NCBI GenBank assembly: GCA_035285125.1
Contig: JAYKHR010000060.1
Coordinates: 9,293-73,292 of the forward strand
DNA length: 64,000 nt
Source of the DNA: Candidatus Sericytochromatia bacterium
GTDB lineage: Bacteria; Cyanobacteriota; Sericytochromatia; S15B-MN24; JAQBPE01
Direction: 5' to 3'
Shown in pieces: positions 18,757 to 28,496 of the stretch. The translations under genes were made by a program, and so were the position numbers. The notes under the pieces are model-generated. The model was not told the origin of the DNA and did not search any database. It worked only from the letters and a program-made list of their open reading frames with translations. Within the stretch, counting starts at the first letter, position 1. Each line of letters starts with the position of its first letter.

Positions 18757-19965
18757 ATGGTCGGCTCCAGCGGGAACTTCCGGGCCATCGCACCTGGGCC
18801 GTCGGCCGGCCCGGGGCCCCTGCGCGTCCTCATGATAGGGCATGAATGGTTCGAGGAGCGTCCCGGTGGGGCTGGGCGTTACATGGGTGTGGTCGCGAGG
18901 GGCCTGGCGGCGCGCGGCCACCACGTCACCGTCCTCGTGCCGCGGGGGTCTGCTCCGGCCCCCGAACGCGCCGTGCGCGACGGCTTCACGCTGCTGCGGC
19001 CGGCCCTGGGACGTGGCGCGCTGGGCTGGGTGGCGGCGATGGCTGTCCGCTTGGGGGCCGTGCTGGCGCGAGAGGGGCCCTTCGACGTGGTCCACAGCCA
19101 CTTCGCCCCCGCTGGCCTCGTGCCGCTCTGGCACCCCGCGCTGGGCCAGGCGCGGCGCGTGACCCAGTTCCAGGGGCCCTGGGCCGACGAGAGCCGGCTG
19201 GAGGGGGCTGGCGCGCTGTCTGCCACGGCCCGGCGAGGGGTGGAGCGCCTGGCCTATGCCCGCAGCCACCGCTGCGTCGTGCTCTCGGAGGCCTTCGGGC
19301 GCCTGCTGGCGGACCGCTACGGCGTGCCTGCGGCGCAGATCGACGTGGTCCCGGCCGGGGTCGATCTGGCCGCCTTCCGCCCCGCTTCCGATCGGGAGGG
19401 CCTGCGGCGCACACTGGGGTTGGGCCCCGGCCCCGAGGTGGTGGTGGCCAGGCGGCTGGTGGCGCGGATGGGGCTCGGCCTGCTCCTCGAGGCCTGGCCG
19501 GCCGTGCTGGCTGCCCGGCCTGAGGCCAGGCTCACGATCGTGGGGGAGGGCCCCCTGCGGCCCGAGCTCGAGGCCCAGGTGGCGACGGCGGGGCTCGGCG
19601 GGAGCGTCTCGCTGGTGGGACGCCTGGCGGATGAGGCCCTCGTGGCGCGCTACCAGGCCGCCGATCTCGCGGTGCTGCCCACCATCGGGCTGGAGGGCTT
19701 CGGCCTCGCGACGGTGGAGGCGCTGGCCTGCGGCACGCCCGTGATCGGCACGGACGCGGGCGCCACGCCCGAGGTGCTGGCGCCCCTCGAGCCGACGCTG
19801 GTGGTGCCGGCGGGAGACGCCGGGTCCCTCGCCGGCAGGATGGTCGAGGCCCTCACGGGGGCCCGGCCCCTGCCGACGCGCGAGGCGTGCCGCGCCCACG
19901 CGGAGGCACGCTACGGCTGGCCCCGCGCCCTCGACGGGCTGGAGGCCGTGCTCGCCCGTGCCTGA
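18757..19965 (+). CDS. Glycosyltransferase family 4
   Basis: LRVLMIG...GGAGRY, RRLVARMGL, EGFGLATVEALACGTPVI. The real start may lie slightly downstream. Confidence 0.92.
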   Translation: MVGSSGNFRAIAPGPSAGPGPLRVLMIGHEWFEERPGGAGRYMGVVARGLAARGHHVTVLVPRGSAPAPERAVRDGFTLLRPALGRGALGWVAAMAVRLGAVLAREGPFDVVHSHFAPAGLVPLWHPALGQARRVTQFQGPWADESRLEGAGALSATARRGVERLAYARSHRCVVLSEAFGRLLADRYGVPAAQIDVVPAGVDLAAFRPASDREGLRRTLGLGPGPEVVVARRLVARMGLGLLLEAWPAVLAARPEARLTIVGEGPLRPELEAQVATAGLGGSVSLVGRLADEALVARYQAADLAVLPTIGLEGFGLATVEALACGTPVIGTDAGATPEVLAPLEPTLVVPAGDAGSLAGRMVEALTGARPLPTREACRAHAEARYGWPRALDGLEAVLARA

Positions 19966-21151
19966 GACGCCGATGCACGTGCTGTTCCTCGACCACACCG
20001 GGGAGCTCGGAGGGGCCGAGCGCGTGATGCTGGAGGTGCTGGAGCGCCTGCCCGCGCTGGGCGTGCGCGCCACGGTGGCCTGCAGCCCCGAGGGGCCTCT
20101 GCGCGGGCAGGTGGAGGCCCTCGGCGCGCCCGTCTGGCCACTCACGCTGGACGAGGCCACGCGCACGCTGTCGCGGGAGGCCTGGGCTTCACAACCGCTC
20201 GGCGTGGCGTGGGCCGCCCGGGCCTTCTTCTCCGAGGCGGCGGCGCTGTCTCGCCTTGCCCGCCGCGAGGGCGTCACCGTGCTGCACACCAACACGCTCA
20301 AGGGCCACGTGCTCGGCACCCTGGCCGGGCGGCTGGCCCGCCTGCCCGTGGTCTGGCACATGCACGACATGCCGAGCGCGCGCGGCGACACCAGACGCCT
20401 CCTGACGTGGGCGGCCCGGCTCTGGTGCCCGGCCGCGATCCTGGCCGTCTCCCGCGCGGCGGCCGGGGACCTGCCTGCTGCCCTGCGGCCCCTGGCCCGC
20501 GTCGTCCACAACGGGCTGGCGCTCGAGGCCTTCGACGCGGCCGCCGCCGGGGCCACCGCCCCCGTGGCCTGGCCGGCGGGGGACGGGCCGCTGCTGGGCG
20601 CCGTCTCCTGGCTGATTCCCTGGAAAGGCTTCGACGTCCTGCTCAGGGCCCTGCCGGCGGTGCTCGCCGTGCGCCCGGACGTGCGCCTCGCCATCGTGGG
20701 AGACCCCATCTTCCAGTGGCGCGACGAGCGGAGGCGGCTCGAGGCGTTGGCCTCCGAGCTTGACGTCGCGGGAAGCGTGGCCTTCCTCGGCGCGCGCGCC
20801 GACGTGCCGGCCCTGCTGGGGGCGGTTGACCTCTTCGTGCACCCGGCGCTGCAGGAGCCGTTCGGGCGTGTGCTGCTGGAGGCGATGGCCGCCCGCAAGG
20901 CCGTGGTGGCGTGTGAGGCCGGGGGCGTGCCCGAGATCGTCTTGCCGGGGCGGACGGGGCTGCTGGTGCCGCCTGGCGAGCCGGGCGCGCTGGCCGAGGC
21001 GATCCTGGCCCTGCTCGCCGACCCCGGGCGCGCGGCGGCGATGGGGTCGGCGGGGCGGGCCCGGGTGGCGCAGGCCTTCGGGCTGGAGGGCCAGGTGCAG
21101 GCGCTGGTCGCGACGTGGCGAGAGGCTGCGGGCCTCAAGCCCCGAGCCTGA
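19958..21151 (+). CDS. Glycosyltransferase family 4
   Basis: GGAERVM, VVHNG, PWKG, EPFGRVLLEAMAARKAVV. Confidence 0.93.
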   Translation: MPETPMHVLFLDHTGELGGAERVMLEVLERLPALGVRATVACSPEGPLRGQVEALGAPVWPLTLDEATRTLSREAWASQPLGVAWAARAFFSEAAALSRLARREGVTVLHTNTLKGHVLGTLAGRLARLPVVWHMHDMPSARGDTRRLLTWAARLWCPAAILAVSRAAAGDLPAALRPLARVVHNGLALEAFDAAAAGATAPVAWPAGDGPLLGAVSWLIPWKGFDVLLRALPAVLAVRPDVRLAIVGDPIFQWRDERRRLEALASELDVAGSVAFLGARADVPALLGAVDLFVHPALQEPFGRVLLEAMAARKAVVACEAGGVPEIVLPGRTGLLVPPGEPGALAEAILALLADPGRAAAMGSAGRARVAQAFGLEGQVQALVATWREAAGLKPRA

Positions 21152-21211
21152 CGCCCCTGGTGGCGGCTGGCTGAGGGCCTGGGCCTGCCGCTGCTCGAGC
21201 CCCTGCCGCCA

Positions 21212-21988
21212 TCACGCCAGCCGGGCCCGCCGGCGCGCCACCCAGATGCCGACCCAGAGCGGCAGCGCCAGCTTGGGGCCCTGGCAGCGCAGCCGGATGG
21301 CGCGGGCGATGGGGTCGAGCACCGGCAGCTGGAGCTGCGGCTCGCTGCGCGCCATCCAGGCCCCGAGCTGCTCGCCCTGCACGCCGCAGGCGTAGATGCG
21401 GGGTTGCTTGCCGAGGGTGCGCGTCATGAAAAGGCCGAAGGTGCGACAGGGGAACGGGCGGGCCGGGTAGACGCCGCAGCGGTCGTTCACCAGCAACGGG
21501 CAGGCCAGGCGCTTGGCCTCGAGCAGGGGCGCCGCGAGGAGCAGCGAGGCGATGTTGCGCTGCACCAGGCTGATCAGCACGCGCCAGAACCCCGTGTAGG
21601 TGGCCTCGTAGCGGGCGACCAGGGCCTCGCGGTCGGCCTCCGACCAGGCCTGCTCCAGGTGGCGCTCGATCACGCGCCACTCGGAGTAAGTCAGGGTGAA
21701 GAGGCCCACCGGGTAGTGGCAGCAGCCGCTGCATCCCGCGCGGCAGAGGCTCTGCGGGAAGGCGGCCTCCACCCCGGCCGTCAGCGTGTCGAGCAGGTGG
21801 TACCAGTCGCGCGCGTCCCGGGTCTCGCCGAAGTTGTCCGCCTCCGGCAGGGCCTCGCGCACCACGGCCATGGCCTCCGCGAGGGCCGCCGGGTCGCCGG
21901 GAGGCGTCGCGGCGAGCGTGGCGTCGAAGCTGGGAGCACCCACCTCCGGCTGGGGGGGGCGGGCGCGGCGTCGGAAGAAGTGCAGCAC
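21212..21988 (-). CDS. YkgJ-family Cys-cluster (putative Zn/Fe-chelating) protein
   Basis: CRAGCSGCC and CPLLVNDRCGVYPARPFPCRTFG motifs. Confidence 0.82.
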   Translation of the reverse strand: MLHFFRRRARPPQPEVGAPSFDATLAATPPGDPAALAEAMAVVREALPEADNFGETRDARDWYHLLDTLTAGVEAAFPQSLCRAGCSGCCHYPVGLFTLTYSEWRVIERHLEQAWSEADREALVARYEATYTGFWRVLISLVQRNIASLLLAAPLLEAKRLACPLLVNDRCGVYPARPFPCRTFGLFMTRTLGKQPRIYACGVQGEQLGAWMARSEPQLQLPVLDPIARAIRLRCQGPKLALPLWVGIWVARRRARLA

Positions 21989-22038
21989 AGGGGTTCACCG
22001 GCTCGCGCCGCCCGGGACCGCCTGCTACACTCGCAGGC

Positions 22039-22977
22039 ATGAAGACCCGTGTGACCGAGCTGTTCGGCATCCAGTATCCCATCATCCAGGCCGGGATGGT
22101 CTGGTGCTCGGGCAGCAGGCTCGCGGCGGCGGCGGCCAACGCCGGGGCCCTCGGGCTCGTGGGGGCCGGCTCGATGCGCCCGGACGGGTTTCGCGACCAC
22201 TTGCGGCGGATGCGCGACCTGACGCGTCACCCCTGGGGCGTCAACATCCCCATTTTCCACAAGTATGCGGCGGACCAGGTCACGATCGCCCTGGAGGAGG
22301 GTGTGCGAATCTTCTTCACCTCGGCCGGCAGCCCACGCGCCTACACGCCGGCGCTGAAGGCCGCAGGGGCGACGGTGGTGCATGTGGTGGCCACGGGTGG
22401 GCAGGCCCGCAAGTGTGAGGACGCAGGGTGTGACGCCGTCGTGGCTGAGGGCTTTGAGGCGGGGGGCCACAACGGCCCGGACGAGCTCACCACGATGGTG
22501 CTCACCCGGCTCGCCGTGCAGGCCGTGCGGATTCCCGTCATCGCGGCGGGAGGCATCGCGGATGGTCGGGCGATGTGCGCGGCGCTCGCGTTGGGCGCCG
22601 AGGCCGTCCAGGTGGGCAGCCGCTTCGCCGTCACGCAGGAGTCTTCGGCCCACGCCGCCTACAAGCAGGCCGTCGTGGAGGCCCCGGAGGCCGCCACGGT
22701 GCTGGGGCTCAAGCGCATCGGGCCTGCCCGTTACCTGAAAAACGCCTTCGCGGCCCAAGTTGCGGAAGCCGAGCAGGCGGGCGCCTCCCAAGAGGCCCTG
22801 CGAGAGTTGCTCGGCACGGGGCGGGCGCGCCGCGGCATCCACGAGGGCGAGCTCGCCGAGGGTGAGCTGGAGGTGGGCCAGGTCGCGGCCCTCATCGCAG
22901 ACGTTCCCTCGGCCGCCGAGGTCGTGGCCGCCATGGTCGCCGAGTACCATGAGGCCCGCGTCGGGCTGCCCGCCTGA
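22039..22977 (+). CDS. Nitronate monooxygenase / FabK-like FMN oxidoreductase
   Basis: YPIIQAGMVW, EGFEAGGHNG, IPVIAAGGIADGR, GAEAVQVGSRF, EVGQV. Confidence 0.9.
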   Translation: MKTRVTELFGIQYPIIQAGMVWCSGSRLAAAAANAGALGLVGAGSMRPDGFRDHLRRMRDLTRHPWGVNIPIFHKYAADQVTIALEEGVRIFFTSAGSPRAYTPALKAAGATVVHVVATGGQARKCEDAGCDAVVAEGFEAGGHNGPDELTTMVLTRLAVQAVRIPVIAAGGIADGRAMCAALALGAEAVQVGSRFAVTQESSAHAAYKQAVVEAPEAATVLGLKRIGPARYLKNAFAAQVAEAEQAGASQEALRELLGTGRARRGIHEGELAEGELEVGQVAALIADVPSAAEVVAAMVAEYHEARVGLPA

Positions 22978-22983
22978 GGAAGA

Positions 22984-23670
22984 TCAGCCCGACGTGCTGC
23001 CGCGGGCGGCCTCCGTCGTGCGGCGCCCCAGTCGCAGGTGCTGGTCGATCTCGCGCAGGGCGTAGTACCGGTTGGCGATCGCCTGGACGTACACCCCGGG
23101 TTCGCGGATCACGGGCACAGGACGCCCCGAGGCCACCAGGTGGCGCCAGGCGGGGTACCACACGTCCATCACCGTGCCGCCCATGTCGTTGGGCCGCCAC
23201 TTGTCCGCGAACTCCCGCACCGTGAGCTCCACGTTGCGCCGAGGCTCCATCAGCGCCTCGACGCTCTCGCCGGGGTGCTCCGTGGCCTGCACGGAGCCCA
23301 GCCCGATGGCGCGCTTAGCGCCGCGCACGTAATCCTGCTGCGGGTCGAACTCGCTCTCGACCCAGATGTAGGCCCCCACCACGAAAGGATCCACGCCCCG
23401 GGCCCGCGACGCCTGCTTGATGAGGCCGCCGAACCTGCGCCAGCCGCGGATGCCGACCCTGAAGTTCAGGCCGCGCCGGGCGAACCTGTCGCCACGGCTG
23501 GGTGGGGGGAAGTTGTATCCTGGATGGCGTCGGTCGCCAGTCTCGCCGAGACGAGCGAGCGCAGCGAGCGCCTGGGGGGGGCGTGAGGGGGGGGTGGATG
23601 CGAGGGCGTTTGGCGTGAACCACGCCAGGGAGAGGAGCATCCCTCCGAGCCCGAGTTGGCGGTTTGCCAC
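22984..23670 (-). CDS. Secreted SLT-like (lytic transglycosylase fold) protein, divergent
   Basis: GTG start with AGGAGG upstream; signal peptide; GVDPFVVGAYIWVESEFDP, AIGLGSVQ, LMEPRRNV. Confidence 0.65.
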   Translation of the reverse strand: MANRQLGLGGMLLSLAWFTPNALASTPPSRPPQALAALARLGETGDRRHPGYNFPPPSRGDRFARRGLNFRVGIRGWRRFGGLIKQASRARGVDPFVVGAYIWVESEFDPQQDYVRGAKRAIGLGSVQATEHPGESVEALMEPRRNVELTVREFADKWRPNDMGGTVMDVWYPAWRHLVASGRPVPVIREPGVYVQAIANRYYALREIDQHLRLGRRTTEAARGSTSG

Positions 23671-23754
23671 GATGGCCTCCTTTCCAGGCTGTCGGCATAC
23701 GGGGCTCCGAGGAAGCCCGTGCGGCGCAGCAGCCACTGGTTCGGCTGGGGGCAT

Positions 23755-23785
23755 CATCGTGACGCGGATTTAGCTTAACAGTCAA
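23755..23785 (-). promoter_or_regulatory. Putative sigma70-type promoter of the SLT-like gene
   Basis: Minus strand reads TTGACT, then about 18 nt, then CACGAT, in an AT-richer patch. Confidence 0.4.
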
Positions 23786-23916
23786 GGAACGGCGCAGTCC
23801 GGATGCGGCTTTGCGGGCTGTTCGGGGCCTAAAACCCACGTCTGGCCTTGGTCGGTTGCAGGCAGGTGCCGCCCGGCCGATGTTGATCACCGACGGCGGC
23901 GAGCCCGTGCCCCACC

Positions 23917-25551
23917 ATGACAGGCGGAGCTGCCGACCTCCGAGCCCGCAGGCCCTGTCCCCCGATGCCCCTTCTTCCCAACGCGCCAACCCCAACGTGG
24001 CTCGCCCCCGCCCTCGCGGTGGGCCTGGTGGCCTGGCCGTCCAGCGTGCAGGCGATGGGGGTGCTGCTGGACAGGCCGGCCTTCGACCGTGAAGCCAACG
24101 CCGTCGTGATCCCCTACCAGGGGTCTGTCCCCCGGCACGAGGTCCAGTCGCTCGATGGCGGGACCCGGCTCGCCATCGAGTTCATGGCAGCCCAGGCGCG
24201 GGATGAGCAGCCCTACAAGCTCGGCATCTTCCACCCGCTCGTCTCCAAGGTCGAGATGGCGCCCGTGGCGGGGCAGGCCCGCGTGCGGGTGATCCTGAGC
24301 CTGGCGGCGCCGGCGACCCTTGACCTGGTGCCGGACGCGCGCCGCAGCGTGCTCCGGCTCCACGTGTACCGGGGGCTCCCGCAGGCGGAGGCGCCCCGCC
24401 TGGCCGCCCTCCCCGGGCCGCCCCGGGAGCCCGCGCCTGCCTTGCCCGGGCCCTCCCTGCCCGGCGGGGGGCCGGAGTGGCCGCCGCCAGGCGCAAGCAC
24501 CGGCCACGTCGCCCCGACGGGGCCAGCCCCCGTCGTGCGGCCCTACCTAGCGCCGTCGCCGCCACCCGTGCGGTTCGGCGGGCTCACGCCGCTGCCCGGG
24601 ACGCCGGCCTCGGGCGACTTCGTCTACCGCAAGGCCATCCCGACGGACGGTGGGCGGGACGTGACAGAGGTGCAGATCCGCACGCCGAGACGCTCGGACG
24701 TGGAGGTCGACAGGCTCGCCCCGGGCAACAGCGGCGTCACGGTGAGGGTGGCGGGCCCCGGCGGGGTGCCTCCGTCGCTGGACGCGCCGCCGGTCACCCC
24801 CCTGGCCGTCGCGGCGTCAACGGCCGCCGACGAGGGCTGGGTGATGCCGCTGCCCAACGAACCCTGGAAGCTGCCGGCCTACAAGGGCGATCTCTACTTC
24901 AAACCCGTCCCGGCCGTGGACCTGCTGGTGGGGGCCGTGGGCTTTTCGGAGCAGGCCCCCGGCCTGGGGTCGGTGTTGTCGGGCAACGGCTCGACCCTGG
25001 TGGGCCTGGCGGGCCACGTGCCGCTCGGCAATGCCTGGAAGGTCAACCTCGCCGCCGAGACCACGGCCTACACCGTCAGCCACCTGCAGGTGCCCGACCT
25101 CATCACGCGGCGGGACGAGTACGTGGCGCTCGCCACCGTCGAGCACCTGCCCATCCGGCGGCCCTGGGTGCTGGCCGTCGGGGCGGGCTACTGGGGGCGC
25201 CTCGTGGCGCAGCGGGCGAGCCTGCTCGGCCCCGTGGAGCCCAGCGTCCTGTTCGCGCCGAGCCTGCTGCACCACGGCCCCACCCTGGTGTCCCGCAGCT
25301 GGATCCCCGTCTGGCAGGCCCTGGGCGTGGCGGCGGAGGTCCAGGCCGCCCCGTTCCTGTTCGGCGGGGGCGACGAGGTCGCGGCCGCCATCGGTGGCGC
25401 CTTCGCCTACCAGGGCTCGCTCGGGCTCAAGTGGGGGCAGCGTGCCTGGGCGCTCGGGGCCGGCGTCCGGGTCCTCGGCCTCAACAGCTACAACGGCGCG
25501 TATGGCTTCACCAGGTTCGGGCCGGAGGTGGTCGGCGTATGGCGGTTCTGA
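23917..25551 (+). CDS. AMIN-like domain protein with a Pro-rich linker and a probable C-terminal outer-membrane beta-barrel
   Basis: Signal-like segment; GTRLAIEF...VSKVEMA...VRVILSL (AMIN-like); amphipathic strands ending VVGVWRF. Start uncertain (23917 or 23965). Confidence 0.6.
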   Translation: MTGGAADLRARRPCPPMPLLPNAPTPTWLAPALAVGLVAWPSSVQAMGVLLDRPAFDREANAVVIPYQGSVPRHEVQSLDGGTRLAIEFMAAQARDEQPYKLGIFHPLVSKVEMAPVAGQARVRVILSLAAPATLDLVPDARRSVLRLHVYRGLPQAEAPRLAALPGPPREPAPALPGPSLPGGGPEWPPPGASTGHVAPTGPAPVVRPYLAPSPPPVRFGGLTPLPGTPASGDFVYRKAIPTDGGRDVTEVQIRTPRRSDVEVDRLAPGNSGVTVRVAGPGGVPPSLDAPPVTPLAVAASTAADEGWVMPLPNEPWKLPAYKGDLYFKPVPAVDLLVGAVGFSEQAPGLGSVLSGNGSTLVGLAGHVPLGNAWKVNLAAETTAYTVSHLQVPDLITRRDEYVALATVEHLPIRRPWVLAVGAGYWGRLVAQRASLLGPVEPSVLFAPSLLHHGPTLVSRSWIPVWQALGVAAEVQAAPFLFGGGDEVAAAIGGAFAYQGSLGLKWGQRAWALGAGVRVLGLNSYNGAYGFTRFGPEVVGVWRF

Positions 25552-25907
25552 TCCGGGCCCTCGCGGCCGTGGTGGTGGCCGGAGCCCTTGGTGGCTGCAC
25601 GGCCAGGGTCATCAACGCTGCGACCCTGTTCAAGCCCCTGGCCGGGACGCTGGCGCTCGTCGTCACGCCCCCCCCCAACGAGGCCTTCGTGCGGGTGCAG
25701 TTCCAGCTCAACGACCAGGTCGTCGGGGAGGACACGGACCCGGCAGATGGCTACTCCGCGGACATCGACACCACCGGCTTGGAGCCGGAGACGCTGGCCA
25801 AGATCGCCGCCGTTGGCGTGCGGGCGGACGGGACCACCCGCGTGCTGCGCGAGAACCTCATCCTCGTCACGGGGGCCGCTGCGGCGACGCCGACCGTGAT
25901 GCTCTAA
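25539..25907 (+). CDS. Small lipoprotein with an Ig-like domain
   Basis: MAVLIRALAAVVVAGALGGC lipobox; VQFQLNDQVVGEDTDPADGYSADIDTT resembles bacterial Ig (Big) domains. Overlaps the upstream gene end. Confidence 0.7.
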   Translation: MAVLIRALAAVVVAGALGGCTARVINAATLFKPLAGTLALVVTPPPNEAFVRVQFQLNDQVVGEDTDPADGYSADIDTTGLEPETLAKIAAVGVRADGTTRVLRENLILVTGAAAATPTVML

Positions 25908-25977
25908 CGGGCCGGCCCAGGCCAGCCCGCCAGGACGTCAGCCGCGCCACGGCCGCCGCGCGGGGCGCGCGGCACCC

Positions 25978-27081
25978 TCAGGGTACGGGCGGGGCCTGGG
26001 TGCGAAACAGCGGCCCGAGGTCCCGCCCCCTCAGCAACCGGGCAAAGGGTACAGGCAGCGCATAGGAGGCCATGTCGTCCGGCCTCACCCAGGCCAGCTC
26101 CGGGCCTGGCGGCGGGGCGTGCAGGCTGCCGCGGAACACGGGCAGCGTGAGCGAGCGGTGCGTGAGTTGATGGTGCAGCAGGGCCTCGAGCCCCGTGACC
26201 CCGACGCGCCAGCCATCACGGGCGAGCGCCTCCTCCAGCGAGGAGGCCGCCGCCTGGGCCTGCGCGGGCGCGTGACCCTCGAGGGGGGCCGCCGGCAGGG
26301 CCCAGAGCCCCCCCCAGATGCCAGGGATCGGGCGCTTCACCAGGAGCACGGCGTCGTCCCGCGTCACGAGCACGCTCGCCAGCACGAGTTCGCGGGGCGG
26401 CCGGGTGCCCGCCTTGACCGGCAGTGCCTCCGCCTCGCCCGCGGGCCAGGCGCGGCAGCCCGTCGCCAGGGGGCATGCCTCGCAGCGTGGCGCGGTGGGG
26501 GAGCAGACGGTGGCGCCGAGGTCCATGAACGCCTGGTTGAGGTCACCGGGGCGGTCACACGTCGCCAGCATGGCGCTGACGTGCCCGGCGATGGTCTTGC
26601 GGGTGGCCGGGCGCATGACATCCTCCCGCAGCAGCAGCAGGCGGCTCATCACGCGCAGCACGTTGCCGTCCACGGCGGGCACGCGTTGGCCGAAGGCAAT
26701 GCTGAGGATCGCGCCCGCCGTGTAGTCCCCGACGCCCGGCAGGCGGCGGACCTCCGGCCAGGTGGCCGGCATCTGCCCCCCGTGGTGCGTCACCAGCAGC
26801 CGGGCCGCTGCCTGCAGGTGGCGGGCCCGGGAGTAGTACCCCAGCCCCTCCCAGGCCCTCAGCACCTCGTCCTCGGGCGCGTCGGCCAGGGCTGCGACGT
26901 CGGGGAAGCGCGCCATCCAGCGGGCGAAGTAGGGAATCACGGTCTGCACCTGGGTCTGCTGCAGCATGATCTCGGACACCCAGGTGGCGTAGGGGTCGAG
27001 GCCGCGGCGCCAGGGCAGGTCGCGGGCGTTCGCGTCGTACCAGCGCAGGAGCGCGTCGGCCAGGGTGGCGGGGGACGTCAC
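25978..27081 (-). CDS. mutY: A/G-specific adenine glycosylase
   Basis: RDLPWR, WVSEIMLQQTQV, WEGLGYYSRAR, LPGVGDYTA, VDGNVLRV, Fe-S motif CxxxxPxCxxCPLxxxC. Confidence 0.97.
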   Translation of the reverse strand: MTSPATLADALLRWYDANARDLPWRRGLDPYATWVSEIMLQQTQVQTVIPYFARWMARFPDVAALADAPEDEVLRAWEGLGYYSRARHLQAAARLLVTHHGGQMPATWPEVRRLPGVGDYTAGAILSIAFGQRVPAVDGNVLRVMSRLLLLREDVMRPATRKTIAGHVSAMLATCDRPGDLNQAFMDLGATVCSPTAPRCEACPLATGCRAWPAGEAEALPVKAGTRPPRELVLASVLVTRDDAVLLVKRPIPGIWGGLWALPAAPLEGHAPAQAQAAASSLEEALARDGWRVGVTGLEALLHHQLTHRSLTLPVFRGSLHAPPPGPELAWVRPDDMASYALPVPFARLLRGRDLGPLFRTQAPPVP

Positions 27082-28430
27082 GGGAGGCCCTCCCAGCCGG
27101 CCGGGGCGTGACCGGCGCGAAGCGCGGCCAGCCGGGCCGCGTGGTCGGCCTCTGCGCCTCGCGGGACGGGCTGATAGAAGGCGGCGGGCGGCGCGCCCTC
27201 AGGCCAGTGGGACTGGGCCACCCAGCCACCCGGGTGATCGTGCGGGTAGAGGTAGCCTGCGCCATAGCCCTGCTGCTCGAGGAGGCGGGTCGGCGCGTTG
27301 CGGAGGTGCAGGGGCACGGCGGCGCTCGGGTGGGCTCGCTCCCAGGCCAGCGAGGCGTGCCCGGCCACCTTGGTGCTGTTGCTCTTCGGGGCGAGCGCCA
27401 GGTACAGCGTCGCCTGCCACAGGGCATAGGACCCCTCCGGCATCCCGAGCAGTTGGACGGCTTGCGCGGCGGCCACCGCCACCTGGAGGGCCTGGGGATC
27501 GGCGTTGCCGACGTCCTCGCTCGCGAAGATCACCAGCCGCCGGGCCATGAACCGCGGGTCCTCCCCCCGGTTGATCATCCGGGCCAGCCAGAGCAGCGCG
27601 GCATCAGGGTCGCTGCCCCGCAGGCTCTTGATCAGGGCCGAGGCGGTGTCGTAATGTTGCTCCCCCTGGCGATCGAAGGCCCCCGCGGCCTGCATGGCCT
27701 GGGCGACGTGAGCCCCCTGGATGCGGCTCTCGGGCGCGTTCGGGCTGGCGTCCGCCAGCCAGGCCGCCGCCTCCAGCGCGTTGAGGGCCGAGCGGGCGTC
27801 GCCCGCCGCCCGCTCCAGCAGGAACGCGAGGGCCTCGGGCGCCAGCGCCTCCTCGGGCAGGCCCAGCCCCCGGCCGGGGTCGGTCAGGGCAGCCGTCACG
27901 ATCCGCCGCAAGTCCTCCGGCCCCAGTGCCTGCAGCGTCAGCACCCGCACGCGCGAGAGCAGGGCCGCGTTAAGCTCGAAGCTGGGGTTCTCCGTCGTCG
28001 CGCCGATGAGCGTCACGGTCCCGTCCTCCACGTGCTGCAAGAACGCGTCCTGCTGTCCCTTGTTGAAGCGGTGGATCTCGTCGACGAACAGCAGCGTCTC
28101 TGCCCCCCGCCGCTGGCGCTCCCGCGCCTCGGCGAGGACCTTGCGAAGCTCGGGGATGCCTTGCGTGACGGCGCTGAACGGCACGAAGTGGACCTGGCGC
28201 TGGCCTGCTATCAGCTGTGCCAGCGTGGTCTTGCCGGACCCCGGGGGGCCCCAGAGCACCAGGCTCGGCAGCCGCCGGGCCGATACCACGCGCTCCAGGA
28301 GGCGCCCCTCGGCCAGGAGGTGCCCCTGGCCGACGAACTCGGCGGCTGTGCGGGGGCGCATGCGGTGGGCCAGCGGGGCGCCCGGCCCGCCCTCGGCGGG
28401 GAACAGCGGAAGGGGCGTGTCGGCAGCCAT
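27078..28430 (-). CDS. rarA: Replication-associated recombination protein A (MgsA/RarA)
   Basis: PLAHRMRP, GPPGSGKTT, DEIHRFNKGQQD, IGATTENPSF, KSLRGSDPDAA, ASEDVGNADP, VPLHLRNAPT. Confidence 0.96.
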   Translation of the reverse strand: MAADTPLPLFPAEGGPGAPLAHRMRPRTAAEFVGQGHLLAEGRLLERVVSARRLPSLVLWGPPGSGKTTLAQLIAGQRQVHFVPFSAVTQGIPELRKVLAEARERQRRGAETLLFVDEIHRFNKGQQDAFLQHVEDGTVTLIGATTENPSFELNAALLSRVRVLTLQALGPEDLRRIVTAALTDPGRGLGLPEEALAPEALAFLLERAAGDARSALNALEAAAWLADASPNAPESRIQGAHVAQAMQAAGAFDRQGEQHYDTASALIKSLRGSDPDAALLWLARMINRGEDPRFMARRLVIFASEDVGNADPQALQVAVAAAQAVQLLGMPEGSYALWQATLYLALAPKSNSTKVAGHASLAWERAHPSAAVPLHLRNAPTRLLEQQGYGAGYLYPHDHPGGWVAQSHWPEGAPPAAFYQPVPRGAEADHAARLAALRAGHAPAGWEGLP

Positions 28431-28496
28431 GGCACCCATGGTAGCGCCGCCCACGCCCTACCGCAAACGGCCGCCTTCCGCTACCCTATCAGCGTT

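Noticed and set aside
23671..23755. c-di-AMP (ydaO) riboswitch before the SLT-like gene
   Set aside because: Too short, and I could not find the conserved ydaO segments; kept only as a possible structured leader.
27108..28496. N-terminal extension of the 889-aa ORF
   Set aside because: Antisense to rarA; the DUF2252 protein starts at 28497. The same applies to the long extensions of the S8, asparaginase, NDP-sugar pyrophosphorylase and IspA ORFs.
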